This document shows, piece by piece, positions 29,116 to 46,953 of a DNA stretch of 64,000 nucleotides. How positions within the stretch are numbered: the stretch's first letter is position 1; every line of letters starts with the position of its first letter. A program made the translations under genes and the position numbers. Under the pieces are notes generated by a model, which saw only the letters and a list, made by a program, of their open reading frames with translations, was not told the origin of the DNA and ran no database searches. Location of the stretch: assembly GCF_009914755.1 (NCBI RefSeq), contig NC_060929.1; one strand, 5' to 3'. The DNA comes from the human T2T-CHM13v2.0 reference genome, Homo sapiens.

Positions 29116-29659
29116 TCCTGCAACAGGTAACAAATACAAACAATGTAAATTAAAATGAAGATTTAGGCACAGGGAGACAAAAATCAGCTAAACTTCCAGA
29201 AGAAGGGTTTCAACTGATAGCGTGGATCTACACCCTTATGACTCATCTGCTGGGAGCCAGAAATAACTCACTTTTAAAGTATCTTTTCTAGAAAAAAAAG
29301 GTTGAGAATCAAATACAATTTGATCCTTACTTGAAGGAAAAGTCTTGGTTACTCTTCCAAGTCCATTAGAATATTTTTTATTCTCTCATATTTATATTTA
29401 CATATATGCCTCCAAAATGCCCTAAAAACATTTAAAATTCCTCTTAAATCAGTCTTGTATAATTAACTTACCCTGCATTTCCTTTTAGTGAATGAATTCC
29501 TTAGACACACGGAATTTTGATAATTTACACCTATTATCACAACTGAGATATAAATTAAGAACTACAAACTTTATGACAAAATGCATTTATGACAAACTAT
29601 GACAAATGTTATTAGAAAGCTATTTTACATTCCCCAAACAAATCCATGTTGGTCACAAT

Positions 29660-32180
29660 ACATTAACCCTTTTATATCTCACTGGATTATTCTTTTACCT
29701 ATGTTCATGAGAAATATTGGCTTAAAATAGTCTCGTCATGCTTTTGTCAGGTTTTCCTATCAAGATTATACTAAAGTCATAAAATATGCAAATAAATCTT
29801 TCTATCTTCTTCTTGTTCTCTAGAAGAGTCTGTGTAAACCCAGGATTATATCTTACTTAAATGTAAGGCAGATTTGTCAGTGAAGCCATCAGGTCTAGGA
29901 TTTTCTTTGTGGAAAGGTTTTTGATAAATTCAACTACCTTAATAGACACAGAACAACTCAGATTTTCTATTTCTTTATATGTCAGCTGACTAAACTGTGT
30001 TTTTCAGGGATTATGACCTTTCATTCAAGTTGTCAAATGTATTATCAAGTTGTACATAATTCCCTTTCATTAACAATTTAATATAGAGAGGATCTGTAGT
30101 GAAGTCTCTTTTTTTCATCCCTGTTACTAGTAATTTGTGTTTTCTCTCATTTTTCTTAATCAGGTCATTACAGGTTTTCATTTTTTAAAAGTTTTCTTAA
30201 CTAACTGACTGTAAAACTTTCCTGTTTCATTGATTTCTACTTTTATACTATTTCCTTCTTTCTACTTCCTTGGGTTTAATTCATTGCTCCCTTGAGATAG
30301 GAGCTTAGACTACTGATTGTTAACCTTTGTTCTTTACTAATTTATACATCTAAAGCATAAAGTTACCTCTAAGCATTGCTTCAGCTGTATTCCAAAAGTT
30401 CTGATACGTATTATTTTTATTATTTTTCAGATTAAAATGTTTTCTAATTTCCACAGTGACTTTGTTTTTCATCCACAGGCTACTCAGAAGTGTCTTGCTT
30501 AATTTCCAAATATTTGCAGTCTATTTTTTTTTTTTTGTTATTGGGTTGTAATATAATTCTATAGTGATCAGAAAACATGCATTGTATGATTTAAATTCTT
30601 TGAAGATTAATGATACTACTTTATGACCCAGAATATTTTTGCACATGTCCCATATGCACTTAAAAATAATGTAAAGCCTTCAGTTGTTGAATATAATGTT
30701 CTATAAATGTCAATTAGGTTAAGTTGATTAATCATACCATTCAAATTTCTTATTCCTTTACTAAAACTTTTTTAAATCTTATTGTTCTACCAGTTACTTT
30801 GAATGTATTTAAAATCTCCAGCTAGGAATACAGATCTACCTTTCTTTTTAGCTATTTTAGCTTCTGTCTTACATATTTGGAAGCTGTGTTACTATGTGAA
30901 AACATATTTAGAATTATGTCTTCTTGATAAATTGGCCCACTCATCATGATTTTTTTTTCTCTTATCTCTCATAACACTTCTCTCCTTAAATCTATTTTGT
31001 CTGGTATTAATATAGCCACATCAGCTTTCTTTTGGTATTTGCAACAATACTGATTCCATCTTTTCATTTTACCTGTGCCTTTACTTGTAAAGTGCTTTTC
31101 TTATAAATAGAATATAGGTAGGTCTTACTCACTTATATATAATGTCTGATAATCTTTCTCTTTTTGTTAGAATATTTAATCCATTCACATTTAACATAAT
31201 TACCAATGTAGTCTGGTTTAAATCTACCATCTTGCTATTATTTTCAATCATCTCACCTGTCCTTTGTTCCTTTATTCCTCCGTTCTTGAATTCCTTGGTA
31301 ATTTTTTTTTATTATTCCATTTCATCTGCTAGCTTTTTTGATACATCCTTTAAAATATCATTATCTTAGTGGTTTTCCTAGAAATTACAAAATGTATCCT
31401 TGATGTATGCTGGATGATATTTCCTAGAAGCTCTAAATAACTTACCTTTCTCTAATGAGTATTTTAAGTTTTCTTTTGGCAGGCAATTATATTGCAAGTA
31501 GATTGTCTTAACATCACAGAAGTCTGGTTTTGGTTTATGTTTGGGCAAGTCCATTTCAGCTTGTCCTTATATCAAAGTGTAACCTACACTCTTACTGTCT
31601 ACTTCAAACTACAGATGCTCCTGGACTTAAAATGGGGTTACGCCCTGACAAATCCACTGTAAAATGAAAATATTATTAAGTTGAAAATGCATTAAAGACC
31701 CTACTAAACCCATTGTAAAGTTGAAAAATCATAAACGAAACCAGTTGAGCACTGTCTGTAGTTCTTTTACCAGGTCCCCAAAAAATGAAAGAAACTCACA
31801 TAACAGTTTAACTCCTCCATGTCCATGGTTGTTATCTTCATATAGCTCACCCTACATGTAAGCCCCACCAAACATTATCAAGACTGTTTCAAACACCCAA
31901 TAATCTTCAATATCCCTTTCTGAAAATGTCTACTTATTCCATTTCCATGCCTCCATCTGTCTGATGTTCCTTTAGCCTAAATAACATATTTTAATGTTTG
32001 TTATGAGTCTGCTGGTGACAACTTCCCTCTCTGCTTCTGTCTGTCTAAAATTGTCTTTGTTTTTGAAGGATATTCAAATGAGAATAGTATTCTACATTAG
32101 ACGCCTTTTTTTTCCTTTTTTGGAGCACTATAAAGATGTACCCCTATTGTTTCCTGGCTTCCACAGTTTCCATTAAGAAG
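29660..32180 (-). mobile_element. Old L1M ORF2 fragments (reverse orientation)
   Basis: T-rich, with reverse-complement L1 motifs (gtgaagccatc..., tagccacatcagctttcttt, tttaatccattcacattta). Confidence 0.7.
31612..31758. mobile_element. MER47/Tigger5-like MITE
   Basis: TA|CAGATGCTCC...TCTG|TA, i.e. TA target duplication with short TIRs. Confidence 0.75.
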
Positions 32181-32249
32181 TCCATGTCATCTGAGCTGAA
32201 TACATATACTCAAACACCTACCAAGTGAGTGTGCTTGTCAGTGAATTAA

Positions 32250-34640
<2,391 letters not shown>

Positions 34641-34653
34641 AGTAACATTCTAA

Positions 34654-35001
<348 letters not shown>

Positions 35002-35869
35002 TGACTTCAGCCTGTGCTAATTTACTGAAGTTACACCCATTTTTATAAGCACAGTGCAATAAAAAGCTTTAAATAGTCACTGGAAGAAAATATATTCAAG
35101 TGTTAAAGTTGTATTTCATTTTGGGTCTGTGAGTGATTTTTATGCCTTCCATTTTTTGTTTTCCAACTTTTCTTTCACACACTTGTGCTCCTTTTGTAAT
35201 TGGCAGAAAAATGTTTAATCACTGTGTTAGCAACAGGTTTTTATGGACCACTGAAAACTAGGCTGTCTAAGACACTTCAGAATGCAAAAACATGCAATTA
35301 ATTATTAGACAAAAATATAAGGTGTGAAGTGGAATTATCCTGGGAAACCTAGGACATGAGATCCTTCTTCTAACCACACAGATAAACATTAGAGAATAAG
35401 AAACACATATATAAAACAAGATCTCATGAAAATTCAACTTCTCAATTTCTGTTTCTAACAGTATGGCAGATAAAAATTTTTTTTTAAACCTCACAACTCA
35501 AAGCAAATAAAAATGTCTTAACTCTGGGTAGGGGGTGAATAGTAGAAAAGAGGAGGAATATCTCGCCTAACAATTCAAAGCCACAACTCAACCTCATTAG
35601 ATTTGTGGCTGCAATTCATACTATCTGTATGAGCCAACAAGCCAGAAAGTCAGAATATTGTTAAGTCTTAGGGAGCAGTGTTCCAAGTACCTGGCAGAAG
35701 CAAAGCTAATTCCTCCCAGTTGAAAGTCACCTCACTCTCAACCCAGGTCAGAATTCTCACATGTAAAATTTCAAAGAATATGAACTCACAATAAAAAGTG
35801 TAACATACATGAGAAATAACGTTGACAAGAATTAACAAAATAAAAATATAACTTAAAAGGACAGCACTA

Positions 35870-36147
35870 GGCTGGGCCCAGTGGCTCATGCCTGCAATTC
35901 CAGCACTTTGGGATGAAGAAGGTGGATAGTTTGAGCCCAGGAGCTCAAGACCAGCCTGAGCAACATGGTGAAAACCCATCTCTATAAAAAATATAAAAAT
36001 TAGACGGGCATGGTGGCGTGTGCTGTAGTCCCAGCTACATGCGAGGCTGAGGTGGGAGGTCACGTGAGCCTGGGAGATGGAGGCTGAAGTAAGCCGTGAT
36101 TGTGCCACTGCCCTCCAGCCTGGGTGACAGAGTAAGGCCCTGACTTC
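35870..36147 (+). mobile_element. AluJ
   Basis: Diverged dimer with J diagnostics; tail decayed. Confidence 0.85.
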
Positions 36148-36339
36148 GGGGGAGGGAATAAAAATCTTCCCACAAGGAAAACAATAGGCCCACAGGTCTT
36201 AATAGAAATTTCTATCCAAATATACAAATAGATAATTCCAGTGCTAAACCTGTTTGTCCAGAGAATAGAAAAGGATTTCATAAGCTTGTTTTAAAGACAT
36301 GTAGCTCATTTTAAGAGCAGAGTAAAATCTTCATGAACT

Positions 36340-36645
<306 letters not shown>

Positions 36646-37031
36646 GAAATGGCCAGACAAGCAGACAGGTTACAAAAATAAAAAATTAGATGTCAACTCC
36701 AGTGATAAAGAAAGAAAAAGTCTGAGATATTAGCAAGCCATTACAGCAATATATTTGAAAACAGTATATACTGAGTCTACTGCAAAAGACTCATCATTAG
36801 ATATGATTACTTCTATTTTCATTAGTAAACACTTCAGTGGATGGAGAAAAAGCATTCAATGAAATTCAACATTCATTAAAGTTTAAAAGAACTCTCAAGA
36901 AACCAAAAATGGAAAATAATTTACTAAGCCTTATAAAACTAATCAGTCCAAAAGGTACGGCAAAATTATACTGAATGGTGAAATGTCAGCATCATTTTCT
37001 TCTTAAAATACCAATCATTACTTCTACTTAA

Positions 37032-37343
<312 letters not shown>

Positions 37344-37555
37344 TAACATGTAAAGTTCTAACCATCGCAAGACCAAAAAAAGAAAAAAAAAAAAAGGCAG
37401 GGGTGGGGGTGGGGGTGGGGGAGAAAGAGGAAAATAACCGATACCAATGAAACTAGGAATCTGTAAAAAGTAAAACTAAAAGTCTACTAAAGAAAGTGAA
37501 AAGAAATATAAAAGAAAAAATTGAGACATATAAGAAAATTTACTGATATTGTCAG

Positions 37556-37917
37556 TGCTATGGTTTGAATGTTTGTGCCATCTTCCAAAATTCTTAATCC
37601 ACATTGCAGTGGTATTAAAAGGTGGGGTCTTTTGAAAAGTGATGAAGTCATAGGGCTCTGCCCTCATGAATGGACTAGTACCTTATAAAAGGCTGGGGGA
37701 AACTACTTAGCCCTTTTCGCTCTTTCATTTTCTGCTGTGTAAAGACAAGCAACAGGTGCCATATTGGAAGCAGACAGCAGCCCTCACCAAACACTAAACC
37801 CACTGGCACCTTGATTTGGAACATCCAGGCTCTACAATTGTGAAAAATAAATTTATTTTCTTTATAAATTACCCAGTCTTAGGTATTTTGTTATAGCAGC
37901 AGGAACAGATTAAGACA
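37556..37917 (+). mobile_element. MaLR solo LTR (MSTC/MSTD-like)
   Basis: TGCTATGGTTTGAATG...TAAGACA termini; TSD gtcag/gacag. Confidence 0.85.
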
Positions 37918-38083
37918 GACAGCTATAACATCAAGATACAAAAGTCACTACAGTAAACAGCTATAAAAAGTTAATTTTAGAAATGCACCACTTGTAGGAG
38001 TTCCACTTCTACAGGGTATAGAAAGCTGGAGTGTCATTCCCAGTTCAGTTGTGAAACGGACTGACTGCCAACAAGGGAAATGA

Positions 38084-38461
<378 letters not shown>

Positions 38462-38514
38462 TAGGGAAGGGCAGCAATCTCTGTCCTCCATTGCTGCTAG
38501 GGTATGAGTAAAAG

Positions 38515-39420
38515 AATCTACTCATCTGACAAAGGGCTAATATCCAGAATCTACAAAGAACTCAAACAAACTTACAAGAAAAAAACAACCCCATCAAAAA
38601 GTGGGTGAAGGATAGGAACAGACACTTCTCAAAAGAAGACATTTATGCAGCCAAGAGACATATGAAAAAATGCTCATCATCACTGGCCATCAGAGAAATG
38701 CAAATCAAAATCACAATGAGATACCATCTCCACACCAGTCAGAATGGCGATCGTTAAAAAGTCAGGAAACAACAGGTGCTGGAGAGGATGTGGAGAAATA
38801 GGAACACTAGTTCAACCATTGTGGAAGACAGTGTGGTGATTCCTCAAGGATCTAGAATTAGAAATACCATTTGACCCAGCCATCCCATTACTGGGTATAT
38901 ACCCAAAGGATTATAAATCATGCTGCTATAAAGACACATGCACACGTATGTTTACTGCGGCACTATTCACAATAGCAAAGACTTGGAACCAACCCAAATG
39001 TCCATCAATGATAGACTGGATTAAGAAAATGTGGCACATATACACCATGCAATACTATGCAGCCATAAAAAAAGGATGAGTTCATGTCCTTTGTGGGCAC
39101 ATGGATGAAGCTCGAAACCATCATTAGTTCTCAGCAAACTATTGCAAGGACAAAAAAACCAAACACCACATGTTGTCACTCATAGGTGGGAACTGAACAA
39201 GGAGAACCCTTGGATATAGGAAGGGGAACATCACCGGGGCCTGTTGTGGGGTGGGGGAGGGGGGAGGGATAGCATTAGGAGATATACCTAATGTAAATGA
39301 CGAGTTAATGGGTGCAGCACACCAACACGGCACATGTATACATATGTAACAAACCTGCACATTGTGCACATGTACCCTAGAATTTAAAGTATAATTTAAA
39401 AAAAAAAGAAAAAGAAAAAG
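38515..39420 (+). mobile_element. 5'-truncated primate L1PA (ORF2 C-terminus + 3' UTR + A-tail)
   Basis: Near-consensus L1PA text (aatctactcatctgacaaagggctaatatcc ... ggggtgggggagggggg ... gtgcacatgtaccctagaa) with poly-A. Confidence 0.93.
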
Positions 39421-39433
39421 ACCTTTACTCCTA

Positions 39434-39847
<414 letters not shown>

Positions 39848-40627
39848 GATATGAGGCAGAGTTTGGCTACCATGGAGAGAAGGTACAGCATCATTGGCCC
39901 ATACCCAAAAACAAGAGACAAAGGGCTTGTGTAACACTGAGTACAGATAAGGAAGACAGAGAAAACTCTGCCTCCATCTCCAGGCTAGTCAGCATCAAGA
40001 AACAACAGTCTACTGCTGGGGATAATGACAGTGTGTGGAGAAACTTCTCCACTGAGGTATGGGCACACAGAGAAAGCTGAAAGTTGACAGTGAAGTAGGA
40101 ACACTTAGAAAAATCAGGCACTTCAGCTGTCACACTAAGCACAAGGTAACACTAAGCACAATGCAACCACAGAAACGAAATCCAAACCCATCTCAATCAC
40201 GAATTAGATTGAATCAACCCCACACCACACTAAAAGCCTAGCAGATGCAGAAGCAGACTCACATCCAGACATAAGAATTATTTGCCACAATCTCTACTGT
40301 TCTGCATATAAAGTCTGCCATTCAGTCAAAAATTACAAGACAAAAAAGCTGAGGAGGAAAAAACCCTCTTTATCAAGAGACAACAACAAACAGAACCAGA
40401 TAAAGCAATTAACAGAATTATCAGAGAAGAAAATTAAAATAACTATGATTACCCTTTTAAAGGCTCTAGCACAAAGGTAGGAACATGCATCAACTCATGA
40501 GAAATTTCAGGAGAGATGAAAATGGAAATGCAAAAAATAAAAAACAGTTAACAGAAATGAAGAATGCATTCTATGGGCTCATTAAAAAACTAGGGGAGGA
40601 AGCTTTTAGTGAGCTCAAGATAAATCA

Positions 40628-40928
40628 GGCCAGGCTCAGTGGCTCACACCTGTAATCCCAGCAATTTGGGAGGCCAAGATGGGTGGATCACTTTAGGTCA
40701 GGAGTTCAAGATCAGCCTGACCAACATAGTGATACCCGTCTCTACTAAAAATACAAAAAATTAGTGAGACGTGGTGGTGCACGCCCATAATTCCAGCTAC
40801 TCAGGAGGCTGAGGTACGGAGAATCGCTTGAAGTCGGGAGGCAGAGGTTGCAGTGAGCCAAGATCACACCACTGCACTCCAGTCTGGGTGATGGACTGAG
40901 ACTGTCTCAAAAAAAAAAAAAGAAAAAG
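40628..40928 (+). mobile_element. AluS
   Basis: Full dimer. Confidence 0.9.
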
Positions 40929-41317
40929 ATAAGTCAAAAGAAATGATCCAAGCCTAGATAAAAAGTGATTTAACTGAAAAGAAACATGTTAAAAAACAAC
41001 AGCAACAAAAACCAAAACAGAGCCTCCAAGAATTGTGGACTGCATTAAATGAGCTGCCATGAGTTTAACTGGAACCCCACAAAAAGAGAGCAAACCAGCA
41101 GGGGGAGGGGGGGGAAGGGCGGGGGGGTGTCGCGGGCAGTGGAAACATTAGAAGAGAAAGATGCTGTGAATTTTTCATACATTATTTAAAAGATCATAAA
41201 TCCCAAGAAGCTCAGTGATTCCCCCCTACAAAAGCAGTATAAATACAAAACACACAAAAATGTACACATATCCCAAGATGTTAACATCTTTAACCTGCTA
41301 TAAAAAACGAATGATAT

Positions 41318-42100
<783 letters not shown>

Positions 42101-44409
42101 AAAATTTAAAAACCACTGATAAAACATATTTGATACTGACAGCAGAAAAAAGGAACTAAATAAGAATCACAGCCAAATTCTTATTTGAAACTGTGCAAGT
42201 CAAAAGATAATAAATAGCATCCTTAATATTAGAAAAACACTGTGAACAATAAATTTATATCCAGCAAAATCTTTCAAAAGAAAAAGTGAAACAAAGTATT
42301 TGTGAAACAATCTTTGGAACTTTGTTACCAGTAGAATTGAAGTCCAAGAAATGTGAAAGGAAGTTCTTCATGCAGAAAGAATAAGCACTGGAAAAGAGGC
42401 CACTATAACACAGAAAATCAATTTTAATTTAACTTGTACTAACTACTTTAAATTCAAATTTAAATAGCTACACTGGCTAATGACTACCATACTAGACAGC
42501 ACAGGAATAAAACAAATATTACAAGGTATTATGCATTTATGGCATTTGTAAAAGGTAAAACAGTAATAGCACAAAAGATAAGGAGAAATTGTAAATATAC
42601 ATTGTAAATATACTGTTGTAAAGCTCTGACACTATATAAAATGTGGTATAGTATTGCTTCCATATGGTCTATTATTAAAGATGTAAAATATAAATCACAG
42701 AGAAGCCAATTAACTTTTTAAAAGAGAGGAAAAGTTGAGTGTAAGTAGTGAGCCAATGGTGAAGATAAAATGCACTCAAAAATAGGCATCAGAGAGCACA
42801 TAAGTAGAAAACAATTAAGATTGTATATTTAAATCCAACTACATCAAAATTACATTAAATGTAAATAGTCTAAACACTTCAATGTAAAAACAGATTTTTC
42901 AAGATGAATTAAAAAAGGCTGTCTAGAACAAACCCATTTTAAATAAAAGACAGATTAAATGGATGGAAAATAATATACAAACACTAAAAGGAGGCTGGAG
43001 AGGCTGTATTAATATTAGATAAAGTAGACTTTGGAATGAGGAATACTATCAGAGATAAAGAGGGCATTATATAATGATTAAGGGGTTCATTCACCAAAAA
43101 GTTTTAACAATCCTAAATTTACATGCACCTAACAGGAGGTTCAATACACATGATGCAAAAACTGAAAAGGAGAAATAAATAAACTTACCATTATACTTGG
43201 AGACTTCAACTCTTCTCTCAATGATCAATGAAACAAACAAAAACTCAGTAAGGAAAGAGAAGGCCTAACAAGCATCATCAATCAACTTGATATAGAATAC
43301 TCCACTGCTAAACAGCAGAATACACATTATTTTGAAGTGTACATGGGACATTTACTGAGAGTAACCATATTCTGGTCATAAAACAAATATCAAAGAATTT
43401 AAAATAAATTATACAAAGAAAGAGACATGCAAAATCACCAAATATTTGGAAATTAAACAGCAACCTTCATGGGTCAAAGTGGAAGTGACATAAGAACTTT
43501 AAAAAAAATCAGTGCATCAAATTTGTGTAAGCACCTCAGGCAGTGCTTGGAAGGAAAAGAAAAAAGGTCTCAAGTCAATGACCTAAGCTTACACCTTAAT
43601 AAATTAACATAGAGGAATTTAAACCCAAAGCATATAGAAAGAAATAGTAAGAAGCAGAAATCAATAAAACTAACAATTAAAAAAAAAGCAATCAAATAAA
43701 AAGTTGACTCTGAAAAGATTAATAAAATAAACCTAGAACCAAATAAAAATGAGAGGTCACACTGCTAATAACAAGAATGAAAGGAAAGACACCACTACAG
43801 ACGTTATAGGCATTAAAATAATTAAGAAACAACTTTATGACAACGAATAAATGAAATAAGACAAATGCCTTGAAAGACAAAAACTACTAACGCTCACTTA
43901 GTGAGTGAAAGTGATTCATACAAAGACCGAAAGCTTTCAAGAAGAAATAGATAACCCTAATAATCCTGTATTTATTAAAGGATAATTGGACTTATCCTTT
44001 GAAGCCTTCCAGCAAAGAAAACTCTAGGACCAGAAGAGTTCACATGCAAACTCTAAAAAAAATTGTAAAACAAATAATACTAATCCTAATAAATTCTTTT
44101 TCAAAAATATAAGAAACACTTTGCAACTCTATGAAACCAGCATTATATGAAAAAGTATCTTTCATGAACATAGATGCAAAAAAAAAAAAAATTTCACCAA
44201 TTTATAAAAATGATAGTAGATAATACACCATCACCAAGTGAGGTTTAACCACAGAATGGAAGATGATTCAACATTCGCAAATAAGTTAACGTAATTCATC
44301 ACATTAACACAGAAACAAACCATATGATCATCTCAATAAATACAGTAATAATACCTGACTAAAATCAACATCCACTCATGATTTAAAAAAAAAAAAAAAA
44401 CAACTCTCT

Positions 44410-44720
44410 GCCAGGCGCAGTGGCTCATGCCTGTAATCCCAACACTTTGGGGGGCCAAGGCGGGCAGATCACGAGGTGAGGAGTTCAAGACCAGCCTGGC
44501 CAACATGGTAAAACCCCATTTCTACAAAAATACAAAAAAGTTAGCCAGGCTTGGTGGCGTGTACCTGTAATCCCAGCTACTCAGGGGGCTGAGGCAGAAG
44601 AATCACTTGAACCCAGGAGGCGGAGGCTGTAGTGAGCTGAGATGGTGCCACTGCCCTCCAGCCTGGGCAACAGAGCAAGACTCCATCTCAAAAACAACAA
44701 CAACAACAACAACAACAAAA
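44410..44720 (+). mobile_element. AluSg-like with (CAA)n tail
   Basis: Full dimer. Confidence 0.9.
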
Positions 44721-44777
44721 ACCTCTCAGCAATCCAAGAATAGAATGGGAACATCCTCAATATGATAAAAGGCCACT

Positions 44778-45446
44778 TGTCTTAGTCCATTAGGACTCCT
44801 ATAACAAGCTCCCATAGACTGAAGTGGCTTATAAACAACAGAAATTTATTTCTCGGCTGGGCGCGGTGGCTCACACCTGTAATTCCAGCACTTTGGGAGG
44901 CCAAGGCAGGTGGATTACCTGAGGTAAGGAGTTTGAGACCAGCCTGGCCAACATGGTAAAACCCCGTCTCTACTAAAAATACAAAAATTAGCCAGGCATG
45001 GTGACATACGCCTGTAATCCCAGCTACTCGGGAGGCTGAGGCAGAATTGCTTGAGCCTGGGAGACCCAGGTTGCAGCGAGCTGGGACTGCCACTGCACTC
45101 CAGCCTAGCCGACAGAGCAAGACTCTGTCAAAAAAAAATAGAAATAAAAATAAAAGAAATTTATTTTTCACAGTTCTGGAGGCTGGGAAGTCCAAAATCA
45201 AGGTGCTGGTAGATTCAGCGTTTGGTGAGAGCCACTTCCTGGTTCACAGACTGCAGTTTTTTCACTGTGTTCTCATACGGCATAAGGGGATAGGAGCTCT
45301 CTGGGACCTCTTTTATAAGCACACGAATCCATTAATGAAGGCAGAAGCTTCATGACCTAATCACCTCCTTGAGATCCCCCTCACAATGGGGATTATGTTT
45401 CAATGCTATGAATTTTGGAAGGGACATAAGCATTCAAGCTATAGCA
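44778..45446 (-). mobile_element. MLT1A-like MaLR solo LTR interrupted by an Alu (44855-45150)
   Basis: TGTCTTAGTCC...TATAGCA termini with perfect 5-bp TSD ccact (44773-44777, 45447-45451); inner Alu TSD agaaatttattt(c/t)tc. Confidence 0.88.
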
Positions 45447-46656
45447 CCACTCTATCACACTCAATAATGAAAGATTCAAAGCTTTCTTCTTAAGATCAGG
45501 AACAGAGAAGGATATCTGCTTTCACCACTGCTATTCAACATCATAATGGAGGTCTTAGCCAGTCTAAGAAGAAGAAAAGGTGGAAGGAGTTACATATAAA
45601 TTCAAAAATAATAAAACTGATCTATATTTGCAAATAACATGATTGTCTACATAGGACAATTCCAGAGAATCTACAAAAAATTTACTCAAATGAATGAATT
45701 TAGCAAGGTTGCAAGCATCAAGGTCCATATGCAAAAACCAACTGTATTTTTACATATAGCAGTGAATAACTGGAAACTAAAATTTAAGAAAATTATCACT
45801 TATAATGGTATCAATTATTAAATACTTAGATATAAATCCAACAAAATGAGCAACATCTTCATGCTGCAACTACAAAATGCTGACAAAGGAAATGAAAGAA
45901 GACCTACATAAATGGAGACAACCTGTATTCATGAATTGGAAGACTCAAGATGTCGATTCTTCCTAAATTGATCTATGCATTCGACACAAACCAAATTAAA
46001 ATCCCTTCAGGTCTTTTTGTAGAAACCAACACGCAGCCTCTAAAAGCTTTATGGTAAAGTTAGAATAGCCAAGGCAATTTTGAAAAAGAATAAAGTTCAA
46101 GGATTCATATTACTTAATTTCAATACTTATAAGTAAAAATAACCATGATAACTCAGTACTGGCAAAATTATAGGCATAAAGATCAAGAGAAAAGTACAGG
46201 AACAGATTTACATATATGATCAACTGACTTTTGACAAAGTTAATTCAATGGGGAAAGGAAAGTAGTCCCAACAAATGGTGCTAGAACTACATATACATTT
46301 GAAAAGAAAATGAGCCTTGACCCTTACTACACACCATATACAAAAACTAACCCAAAATGGATAATGTGCCTTGACATGAAAGCCAAAACTAGAAAACTTA
46401 TAGAAAAATCCTAAGAGTAAATCTGCACAACTTTGCATTAAGCAAAGAGTTCTTAGAACACAGAAGCACAAATCATAAGAAAAAGTTGGTAAGATGAATT
46501 TATCAAAATTAAAAGCTCTTCTTTTAAAGTTAGGAAAATAAAAAAAAAACAAGCTTCAGATTGCAGTGTGTGTGTGTATTTATGTATCTCTGTGTGTCAA
46601 ATGAGTTGTATAAAGAATGTATTAAAAAATGCTTACAACTCAATAAGACAAACCCA

Positions 46657-46953
46657 TTTTTTTTTTTTTTTTTTTTGAGACGGAGTCTCGCTCTGTCGCC
46701 CAGGCTGGAGTGCAGTGGCACGATCTTGGCTCACTGCGAGCTCCACCTCCCGGGTTCACGCCATTATCCTAACTCAGCCGGAGTAGCTGGCACTACAGGT
46801 ATCCGCCACCACGCCCGGCTAATTTTTTGTATTTTTAGTAGAGATGGGGCTTCACCGTGTTAGCCAGGATGGTCTGGATCTCCTGACCTCGTGATCCGCC
46901 TGCCTCGGACTCCCAAAGTGCTGGGATTACAGGCGTGAGCCACCGCGCCAGGC
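46657..46953 (-). mobile_element. AluY
   Basis: Reverse dimer with Y diagnostics (ttcaccgtgttagccaggatgg); TSD acccatt. Confidence 0.9.

Noticed and set aside
29571-29606. Three copies of tatgacaaa (similar short duplications at ~42590 and ~54310)
   Set aside because: Ordinary slippage micro-duplications; not a regular repeat-spacer array.
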